Assembly (NCBI GenBank): GCA_965267575.1
Contig: OZ254086.1
Coordinates: 992,001 to 1,056,000 of the forward strand
Source of the DNA: Calditrichales bacterium
Lineage (GTDB): Bacteria > Calditrichota > Calditrichia > Calditrichales > J004
DNA: 64,000 nucleotides
Direction of reading: 5' to 3'
Each line of letters begins with the position of its first letter. Position 1 is the first letter of the stretch. Below are positions 1 to 8,400 of the stretch, piece after piece. The position numbers and the translations under genes are program-made. The notes below the pieces were generated by a model. That model saw only the letters and a program-made list of their open reading frames with translations, was not told where the DNA came from and did no database searches.

Positions 1-1
1 T

Positions 2-478
2 TTTGCGCAGATCTTCGTGCAAACCGCTGTATAACCGGATGGCGTTTTCATGGGATTGTTCGCTGAACGGTGCGGCGCCGTCCTGGCGGTAGACAAAATC
101 AAACAGAGCCTGGCCGTTGTCGATGGCGTAAATACCTTCCCGCGCGTAAACCAGGATGCACATCTCTTCAACGTTTTCCTGCAGTAGCTGCTGGCTCAAA
201 ATAATGTTGAAGGCGCGGATCATTGTGCGCGCTTCCGTGTCTGTGGGCGGCTCATCCTGGCGGCCGGTTTCCAGCAAAAGCTCCAGCGAAGTCGTGCTGA
301 GATTGGCAAGACGCTCGGCACTGTCTTTTTTATACCAGTCCAGGATCTGGTTTTGCAGCTCGGAAACGGAAAGTGAGTGGATGTAGGAAACAAGAACCTG
401 GAATACGATCAGAATGGCAAACAGCACGATGATGTGCTTCCATTCAAAATGCATCTTTTCAAATAAGCGGCCTGGCAC
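2..478 (-). CDS. 5' part of a membrane-anchored sensor protein, probably a histidine kinase; runs off the window edge
   Basis: Manual translation of the minus strand from GTG 478 (or ATG 454) gives an open frame to the edge: MHFEWKHIIVLFAILIVFQVLVSYIH...WYKKDSAERLANLSTTSLELLLE. It has one N-terminal TM helix followed by a soluble domain and starts 4 nt after the SBP stop. The kinase domain itself is not visible. Confidence 0.55.
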   Translation of the reverse strand, partial: MPGRLFEKMHFEWKHIIVLFAILIVFQVLVSYIHSLSVSELQNQILDWYKKDSAERLANLSTTSLELLLETGRQDEPPTDTEARTMIRAFNIILSQQLLQENVEEMCILVYAREGIYAIDNGQALFDFVYRQDGAAPFSEQSHENAIRLYSGLHEDLRK

Positions 479-482
479 GATA

Positions 483-1805
483 CTATCTCAAAAAAAGTTC
501 TTTTTTACTGATGTCTTCACCGGCGCCGGCGATGGCCTGCTGCAGGGTTAATTTCTGTTCCAGATACTGATTGAGGTAAAACGACAAAATGTCGGAGATC
601 CGTGTGTAGTCATTGCGGTAGGGCCGGTGTTTGCCCATTTGCAACAGCGTGTACATTGCCGTCAAATCCGGGTTGTCCCTGATAAAGGAACTGTCCGAAT
701 AGACATTCCTGTTAACCGGGATATAGCCGCCGCGCTCAAAAAGCAGCTTTTGCGCCTTTTCGGTCTGGACAAATTTTACAAAAACGGCCGCTTCTTCCTT
801 GTGCGGGGAAAAACTGGATATGATCAGATTCCATCCTCCGAAAACGGCTGATTTTTCCTGTTCCTGCATACGCGGCAACGGCGCCACGTCGTAGCTTTCC
901 AGGTATTTGCGCTCCTGTTCCGATAAATCGCTGCTCAGGTCCAGCCCCGGCCAGTAACGTATAAAAGGCACATCATGGTCCAGCACATACTGGCGGCACT
1001 TCACTTCGTCAAAACCCGTTACCACTTCCGGTGCCAGTCCATAGCGGTATATCAGGTCATGTAACAGGCGCATGGATTGCTTGGAAGCGGGATGCCCCAG
1101 ATGAACCGAGTCCCCCAGGAAAATGGTATCTTTATCCTCCACCGAAATGGCTTCATAATAACTGCAAAGCAAGCCTTCAAAACTGTCGCCGGCAAAAAGG
1201 TATACATCAGGGTACAACGCTTTCAGTTTTAAACCAAGGGCAATAAACTCATCCCAGGTCAGGCCATTCTTTATCTGTTCAATATAGCGGTCTCCGTCGT
1301 CCAGTTTTTGTATCAGGTCCGGCCGGAAGTAAAGGATCCCCACATCAATATACATCGGCGCGGCAATAAGCTGATTGCCGGAGAAACAGGATTGCAAAGC
1401 ATAGTCGTTGATCACCTTCAGGTCATCGGGCGTGAAATAGGCGTCCAAAGGATGCGCCCATTTGGCAAAGCGCTGCACCCAGATCAGGTCCACCGCCATC
1501 ACATCCACGCGGTCAGATTTGCTGCGCAGTGTTCGTGCTAGAATCTCTTTGCGTTCGTTGGTACTGAATTTTGTAAAAGGCAGGTTCACCGGGGTAACAC
1601 GTATACTGCCCTCGTGTTCTTCGTTAAAAGCGTTTATGACCGCCTGATGGGCCCCGGAAATATTATCCACATAATAGATCTCGGTAACATGGTCGGAGCT
1701 GAACTTCAACGGGCTGAGAGCATAAAGAATAAGGGAAAAGACACCTATTACAACGGCCGTGGCCACCGCCAGCTTAACGCGGTCTGTGTTAAAACTTTTC
1801 TTCAT
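483..1805 (-). CDS. Extracellular solute-binding protein, sugar-type ABC family 1
   Basis: N-terminal TM anchor; motifs DVMAVDLIWVQRFA, AAPMYIDVGILYFRPDL, TWDEF, AVFGGWNLIISSFS, EEAAVFVKF. Confidence 0.85.
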   Translation of the reverse strand: MKKSFNTDRVKLAVATAVVIGVFSLILYALSPLKFSSDHVTEIYYVDNISGAHQAVINAFNEEHEGSIRVTPVNLPFTKFSTNERKEILARTLRSKSDRVDVMAVDLIWVQRFAKWAHPLDAYFTPDDLKVINDYALQSCFSGNQLIAAPMYIDVGILYFRPDLIQKLDDGDRYIEQIKNGLTWDEFIALGLKLKALYPDVYLFAGDSFEGLLCSYYEAISVEDKDTIFLGDSVHLGHPASKQSMRLLHDLIYRYGLAPEVVTGFDEVKCRQYVLDHDVPFIRYWPGLDLSSDLSEQERKYLESYDVAPLPRMQEQEKSAVFGGWNLIISSFSPHKEEAAVFVKFVQTEKAQKLLFERGGYIPVNRNVYSDSSFIRDNPDLTAMYTLLQMGKHRPYRNDYTRISDILSFYLNQYLEQKLTLQQAIAGAGEDISKKELFLR

Positions 1806-2472
1806 CGAAAAAGAGATTAACCTCCATTACCTCATCGAGCCGCTTAAGGGCGCGACTGAATTCCTGGGCCTGGTCTTCCTTGCGCAGCTTGATGTAATAG
1901 GACATCTCGAGGAGGCCGTCCTCATCTATCGAGCGCAGGTTAACCAGCTTATAGTCCCTGCAGAAACGCTCCAAAAGCGGGTTTTGTGCCGGGGGGCCGT
2001 CTCCGTCCCCGGAGCGCATGATCATTTGCAGAAGATACTCGCGCCGGGGGTGAGAAACAATCTCCAGGCGGTTAAGCGCAAAGGCGACAAGGCTGACAAT
2101 TATCGTCCCGCCAAAAGCGGCAAAGGCCAGCCCGACACCGGCGGCCATACCGATAGCCAGCGAAAAGAATATAAAAACGATGTCCTGCGTGTCCTTTACG
2201 GCCGTGCGAAAGCGGATGATCGACATGGCGCCCACCAGACCAAAAGCGCGGGCCAGGTTGTTACCGATTACCATAATGACGATCGACGTGATCATTGCCA
2301 GCAGCACCAGGGCGTTGATGTAGCTGTTCAGATAGCCGGGACCGCGGTAGGTTTTGCGGTAAACCCAGGCAATAATCGCTCCGCACAAAAAAGCCACCAG
2401 CAGGTTGCTGATCATTTCGCCCGGCGTAAGCGATGTTTCAAACAGTGATTTCAGATCGGTGAAAAATGACAT
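1789..2472 (-). CDS. DUF4956 family membrane protein
   Basis: Signature IGNNLARAFGLVGAMSIIRFRTAVKDTQDIVFIFFSLAIGMAAGVG; adjacent to a VTC-domain gene. Confidence 0.9.
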   Translation of the reverse strand: MSFFTDLKSLFETSLTPGEMISNLLVAFLCGAIIAWVYRKTYRGPGYLNSYINALVLLAMITSIVIMVIGNNLARAFGLVGAMSIIRFRTAVKDTQDIVFIFFSLAIGMAAGVGLAFAAFGGTIIVSLVAFALNRLEIVSHPRREYLLQMIMRSGDGDGPPAQNPLLERFCRDYKLVNLRSIDEDGLLEMSYYIKLRKEDQAQEFSRALKRLDEVMEVNLFFDEEKF

Positions 2473-2485
2473 ATACTCGTCCTCC

Positions 2486-3268
2486 TTAACGATGCAGCAA
2501 GTGAACCGGCTTGCTCAGGCCAAGCGTGCTGTCCGGCCAGTAGAACGCCCGTTTCCTGTAGGCATTCAGGCAGATGGTATATTTGGAAAGGGCCATGCGC
2601 TGCAATCCAAGCTTCTTAATAATTTCCTTGAAAAAACGCGGGTAGCTTCCGTAAAACTTAATTTCCAGAATGGACCTGCCGCGAAGGGCATAGTGCAGGT
2701 CTTCCGTGAACAGACCGTCCAGTTTGGGAAAAGCGTGATAGCGTAAATGGCGGTCCATTGTCGCGCGTACTTTGTATCCGTAATTCGACGAAAAAGCGCG
2801 GCGGTCATAAACCACCAGCATGGACGGCGAGAGGCTGTGGCGTAAAACATGATGATAAAAACGTCTCGCGTCTTCCCTGTTCTTTTCAAAATCCGCGCCG
2901 TTGGTAAGCAGCTTTTCATCGTGCCTGTTAAGATATTCTTCCAGATCGTTGTAAAGCAGCGAAGCGCGGTTTTTGGTTATATAGTTTTCATACTTGCGCT
3001 TAATTTCGAGAAAAGCGTGACTCTCATCCTGGCGCTTATTATAGCCTCGTATCCTTACCTTTTTGCGCACACGGTAGCCTTCGATCTTTTCATGATAATA
3101 TTTGAAATAACGCGTATCCAGGTAAATGCTGCGCACCGTGTAATAATGATTCGGCATACGGGCGGCAAAGGGGTCCAGCTTTAGATATGGGGACAAAGCA
3201 TCCAGAACGCTTTCCACCCGTTCGTCCGGAACCAGGAATTTATATTCCAGGCGCATCGCTCCGTTCAT
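2486..3268 (-). CDS. VTC (polyphosphate polymerase-like, CYTH superfamily) domain protein
   Basis: Motifs RLEYKF, YTVRSIYLDT, RKKVRIRGY, FLEIKRK, VVYDRRAF, RATMD, ILEIKF, LSKY. ATG at 3268 overlaps the upstream TAA (ORF track extends to 3286). Confidence 0.9.
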   Translation of the reverse strand: MNGAMRLEYKFLVPDERVESVLDALSPYLKLDPFAARMPNHYYTVRSIYLDTRYFKYYHEKIEGYRVRKKVRIRGYNKRQDESHAFLEIKRKYENYITKNRASLLYNDLEEYLNRHDEKLLTNGADFEKNREDARRFYHHVLRHSLSPSMLVVYDRRAFSSNYGYKVRATMDRHLRYHAFPKLDGLFTEDLHYALRGRSILEIKFYGSYPRFFKEIIKKLGLQRMALSKYTICLNAYRKRAFYWPDSTLGLSKPVHLLHR

Positions 3269-4353
3269 TACATCAGGTCGTTCCATAACCTTCCCAACCA
3301 GGTGTAGAATGAAACTTTGCCGCTTTCAATAGAGCACTCCACGGGTAAACCGGGCGCCAGGTGTTTGCCATTGTTTATCGTTCCCGTTATCACGGCCATC
3401 GATTTCTGGGCGAGAATAAAACTCTCCTGTCCGATAAGCGATACATACCCTTTGCTCGACATGCCGGTTCCGGGCACGGAAATACTAAGCGAGTCTCCAA
3501 CGGCGAGCATGGCCGCTTCCTGCCAGGGAACCGCCACGTGCACCACCCAGCTTTCCGCGTCTCGCACAATAAGCAGGGTATCACCGGAGAACAGCTGGGC
3601 TACCGTCCCGCTGAAAGGTGCACGCAGCTTTTTGCCGCTTTGCTTTTCGGCAAGCACCTTTAACTGGCCTTTCAAATCATCAATCCTCTGCTGCGAATAG
3701 GCAATTTGGGCGGGCTTTGCCCCGCTTTGCACCTGTGCCAGTTCCGCTTTGGCAATATCAATTTCCGTTTCATAAAGACGCAAAAGAGTTTCGTGATACT
3801 CGTATTCCTGCTCCGGGATCAATCCCGTATTAAACAAATCCTTTTGACGCTGCAGCACAATTTTCTGCGCTTCATATTGCTGAATGCGGTTTGCCAGATA
3901 ATCGCGCGCGGCCTGCACTACCTCTTTTTTTTCACCGCTGCTGTCCACACGAAAAAGGGCCTGTGCTTCATTCAGTGCTCCGCGCAGTTCCTCTATTCGG
4001 TAGGAATCTTCCAGCGAGAGCACGCCGCCGATTTCAGTGTCTTTCGGGATTGATGTGCCGGGGGCAATACTGTCACTGGGGTCAAAGCGAAAAAGATCGC
4101 CGCGCTGCAATGATAAAACAGAGTAACTGCGCTGGCCGCCGCGCAAATGATCGATTGTTTCGCTTATCACCTGGCCGTCGTTACCGCGTTTTACGATCCA
4201 CTCACGCGATGCCATAATTTTGCCGCGACCGTTTACCGTCCAGCTAAGTTCCGGCGCCCACACGAGCAATATGACAATCGCGATAAGCAAAAGTATGCCA
4301 AGAATCCGTTTAACTTTTTTTGGGTACATCCTTATATCCGCCTTTCGATACAC
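3268..4353 (-). CDS. HlyD-like membrane fusion / periplasmic adaptor protein
   Basis: N-terminal TM, long coiled coil (LFNTGLIPEQEYE), LRAPFSGTV lipoyl half-motif, C-terminal LAPGLPVECSI barrel. The start may be ATG 4329. Confidence 0.7.
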   Translation of the reverse strand: MYRKADIRMYPKKVKRILGILLLIAIVILLVWAPELSWTVNGRGKIMASREWIVKRGNDGQVISETIDHLRGGQRSYSVLSLQRGDLFRFDPSDSIAPGTSIPKDTEIGGVLSLEDSYRIEELRGALNEAQALFRVDSSGEKKEVVQAARDYLANRIQQYEAQKIVLQRQKDLFNTGLIPEQEYEYHETLLRLYETEIDIAKAELAQVQSGAKPAQIAYSQQRIDDLKGQLKVLAEKQSGKKLRAPFSGTVAQLFSGDTLLIVRDAESWVVHVAVPWQEAAMLAVGDSLSISVPGTGMSSKGYVSLIGQESFILAQKSMAVITGTINNGKHLAPGLPVECSIESGKVSFYTWLGRLWNDLM

Positions 4354-4500
4354 TCCTCAAAATAAGCTTTAAAAATACAAACATTAATCTAACAATAAAA
4401 ACTAATCGCTATTGCTGCGCTTTTTTTAATGGAAATTTTTAGCGCAAAATCCTATTTTACGGCAACCTGCCCGAGCATCATAAAACACCGGAGAGATATT

Positions 4501-5466
4501 ATGTGGGAGATCGCCATCCCCCTTTTGCTGTTAGTCGCTTATATCATTTATGAATTCAGGATTCGCAAGCCCGATCAGTTTATTCTTTATGAAAAGGGCA
4601 ACCGAATCCGGATACGCAGCGCCCGTTTCTATCCACGCCACTTCAGCCTCGCGGTTCCGCGGCAGGCGCTTACCACTAATTTGAAATTTGAAGCCGAAGC
4701 CCGTGGCCGCCTGGCGCTGGAAGTTAAAATTGTGCTGAACGCGGCGCCGGCGGACGAGCATCTGGACGCGCTTATCCGCAGCGGCGGCTGGAATAAAGAT
4801 GCCAGCAATAAAGCCATGGAACAGGCCCGTGTCGTCATCGAATCGCTGAGCCGCAACCTGTGCGCCCGCCACGATGTGGAGACGCTCTTTTCCGATGTGC
4901 TGAACGAACACCTCCGCAAAGAGGCAGCAAAGCCCCTGCTGCAACTGGGTCTGCAACTGGTGGCTATCAACACGCAAAGTATAGAACCACTGGATCGTGA
5001 TATTGTTGTGGCCATGCAAAAGCAGGAAGAAGCGCGCATCCGCGAGCAAACTGAAAAGAACGAGCAGAAAGTGCGCATCGCCCTGGCCCGTATGCGCGTG
5101 GAAGCCGAAGAGAAAATACTGAAGGACGAACAGGCGCTTGCTCTAAGAAAACTTGAAATGAAGCAGGATCTGGATAAGCAGGAAGCGGCCCTGGCCGACC
5201 AGCGCGTGCGCGAGGAACTGGCCCGCAAAAAACAACAACTGGCCTTTGAAAAAGAAGAAATGGCGCTCCTGAAAAACCATCCCGAACTGCTGATGCTTTC
5301 GCCTCAAATAACACAACTGGCCAAAGCCAGCCAGAAACTGCCCAATGCTAAAACGGTCGTATCCCTCTCTCCGGAAAACAATGCCGCCGCCGGCGACCTG
5401 CTGACAACATTGCAAAATCTGGTAACTAATATTTTATCCGGGTCCGGACGCTCCTCCGATAAATAA
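4501..5466 (+). CDS. SPFH/band-7 (flotillin-like) membrane protein with a long coiled-coil tail
   Basis: GGAGA RBS then ATG 4501; N-terminal TM; SPFH-like core ending LGLQLVAINTQSIEPLD; Glu/Ala/Arg-rich coiled coil; C-terminal HPELLML..SQKLPNAKTVV. Confidence 0.7.
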   Translation: MWEIAIPLLLLVAYIIYEFRIRKPDQFILYEKGNRIRIRSARFYPRHFSLAVPRQALTTNLKFEAEARGRLALEVKIVLNAAPADEHLDALIRSGGWNKDASNKAMEQARVVIESLSRNLCARHDVETLFSDVLNEHLRKEAAKPLLQLGLQLVAINTQSIEPLDRDIVVAMQKQEEARIREQTEKNEQKVRIALARMRVEAEEKILKDEQALALRKLEMKQDLDKQEAALADQRVREELARKKQQLAFEKEEMALLKNHPELLMLSPQITQLAKASQKLPNAKTVVSLSPENNAAAGDLLTTLQNLVTNILSGSGRSSDK

Positions 5467-5474
5467 TCCGCTTT

Positions 5475-8400
5475 ATGAAAAAAGAGAGCTTTCCATTTAA
5501 ACTGAAGCCGTTGATCGCGGCCCAGGTTTCGGAGATCAGCGAGGTTACAGCCGCCGCGGATATTTCCGATTCCGAAAAGATCAACTTTCACATCGGCAAC
5601 CCGCTGTCCGATGCGCGGCTGATTAGCGCATACACCGATTTATGTCTGAAAAATGACAGCACCCCGGCGCCCGAAGATATGCGCGCCCTCATCCACGAGA
5701 CAGTCAAAAAAGCCGTGCCCTACAGCCCTCGCGGTGGTTACCGCAGCAATGCACGTCCGGCACTTGTGGAAAAAATACGCCGCTGGCTGGAAGATGAACA
5801 GGCCGAAGGTATTTACTACGCCCTTGGTGATAACAATGGCAAGCGCGAATGTATTTTGAGCAGCGGGGGCATGACGGAAACGCTGCGGGTTCTTTTACAG
5901 ACCATCTCCGATTACACTGTTGCCGGGCCGGTTCAATTGCTCAACCTGGGCTTTGTTGCCGCCGGGGAACTACCGACTTTTAAGGGGCTGAGCATTCCGC
6001 AGAATCTGGATTCCGTTTACGGCCTTGGTGACTTTGAAGGCAAAGCGGCCGTTGTCCTGCTGGGCACCGAAGCGGGAGCCCGCGAACGGCGCTGGCTGAG
6101 ACGGCACGACCATAATGCGCCGCTCTTATTCGTGGAGCTCAACAACGCCGCAAACGACCACTCGCTGGCACGCGAGAGCGGGCTTTTTCAAAATGTCATC
6201 CGGGTAATTGACGCGGCTGTTCTGCGTAAGGATCTATCGGAAGGCTCGTTGCAATTTGTGCTGGGCAACAGCGACTTTCTTCAGCGCATGGAATCGGTGC
6301 ACTTTGAACTTAAGGGAACACCTTCTTCCACAGAAATTGTTTACCTGGAAACACGCCTTTCCGCAGCCGCTCCCAAGGAAAAGGACCGGGGCCAAAACGA
6401 TGTTGTTTCCGCGGAGCCTTTCGCCCGGGCAAGTGGCATTTTAAAGAAAGCGCGCGAACTGAGCCACCGTTACGAGCAAAAAAGCGGGCAGATCGCCCGG
6501 CGGCTGGTGGAAAAAAATTACGGAGCTGACGCGCCTCTTCTTTCCATCGGCAGCGCCTCGCGCCACCTTGGCCTGAACCACGCCGCCTTCGAGGAATTTG
6601 CCGAAATGGACAGCGCCGATTTGTTCAACGCGCTGGAAGACCGTGAAACGGCCGGCAAACTCGGCCATGCCTTCACGGAACATTTCTGCCGCCATCACCC
6701 CTGGTATAACCGCAAAGATTGTTACGCGGTCAGCGGATCGGCGCGCACCGCTTTTAGCCTGCTGGGCCGCCACGGCGCTATTCAAGATGTCCTGGTGTTT
6801 GATATGGGCTGGTCTTACGAAAACGCTTTTGCACGTGTGCACGCCGTGCCGCTTCTTGAAGACGACGACCGCAACGCGCAAAACATGATTGATGCCTGCG
6901 CGGAGCTTGATGAACACAGCGCCGTCATCCTGAACAACCCGCATAATGCTAGCGGACGCGTTTTTTCCACTGAAGCGATCGAAAAGATCCTGCTCTATTG
7001 CCTTGATCGCAAAATCACCGTCATCGATGATTTGTGTTATCCCAATGTAGCGCCTGTGCTGGAATGGCCCGCCATTCCCTGCGCTAAAGAAATCGCCCGC
7101 CACGCCGTGGACACGGGACGCCTCAGCGCGGACCGCCTGCAGTATCTCATTACCGTGCACTCCTTATCAAAGTGCGATTGCTTCGCCGGTGCCCGTTTAT
7201 CCGTCGTGGAAACGGCTCACCCGCGCTTAACGGAAAATTTCAGCCGGCAGCTTAATCGGCTGGCGCCCAACACAATGGCCCTCTTTCTGGCCTATCTCTT
7301 TTACCGCAACACGCCGCATGATGTGAGGAGCTACTGGCAATTACGCAATCGCCTGCTATATGAAAAAGGACAGGCCCTGCGAAAAGCGATGGAAGAGATT
7401 GCCGAGGAGCGCAACCACTACAAGCTGCGTTTTGAATTACCACAGGCAACGATCTATCCGCATCTGAACATCGGGCTTTTTCCCAATGGACTGTCCACGG
7501 ACAGGCTGGCGTTAAAACTGGCCAAAAGTGGTATCGGGCTGGTTCCGTTGGCGAACTTTACGCGGCACACGGATACATTTAGCGAAGCACGCAAGAAATT
7601 CCGCCTGACGCTTGGCGGCAGCGACCCTGCCGTACAGCTTGAGGCCAAAGCCCGGCGCCTGCTGGTCGAACTCAATCGCGCCATAAACAGCGAAGCGCGG
7701 CAATACCAGTTTTATGAGCCCCAGCCGGCCCCCAAAAGCACGGCCAACGGTGCTGCGCTCAAAGAGCTCGTGGCCGAATGGGATAACATCCGCGGCGGCT
7801 TAAAGCAATCAGCAACGAAATTATGGAAAAAACGTGCCCGTTCATTGAAGCGGGTTTCGGGACGAGACGCGTTCGAACGGTTTCTTGAAGAGCGCCTGGC
7901 CCTGATCGGCGAACAAATTGAGGAAACCGCGGAGCTGTACGACCGCCAAAAGTTTCTTTTCCAAAATGCGACCGAAGCGGAGTTGCAGCGTTTTTTCGAA
8001 CAAGAGTTTTTCAAACAGGAAGCCGCGGCACGGGAAAGACAATTCAACACGCGCCTGTTTGACCGCACCGTCCATCCTACGCAAATGTATGCCGTGGAAG
8101 TGGCGCTGCATACACGCAACTGGCTTTTGCACCGGCTTCAGGGACGTCCTTTGTCCGCTGCCTGGCCGGAAAACCTGGCCCGCGCCCTGGCCGATGAATA
8201 TTTCGGCTACAATGTGCCGCTTAATTCCGAGCAGGAGGCCGGCGAGCTGATCTGCGACTTGTGGACGCTTTCGCTGAATGACATGTACCGCCATGGCCTG
8301 GATAGCAGCGCACCTTCTCTACTCAGTTTTTGGGGAGACTGGGATGGCAGCACGCGCCCTTCCGGGCAGGGGCATCGTCTTGTAGCGGCCGTTCTGATCG

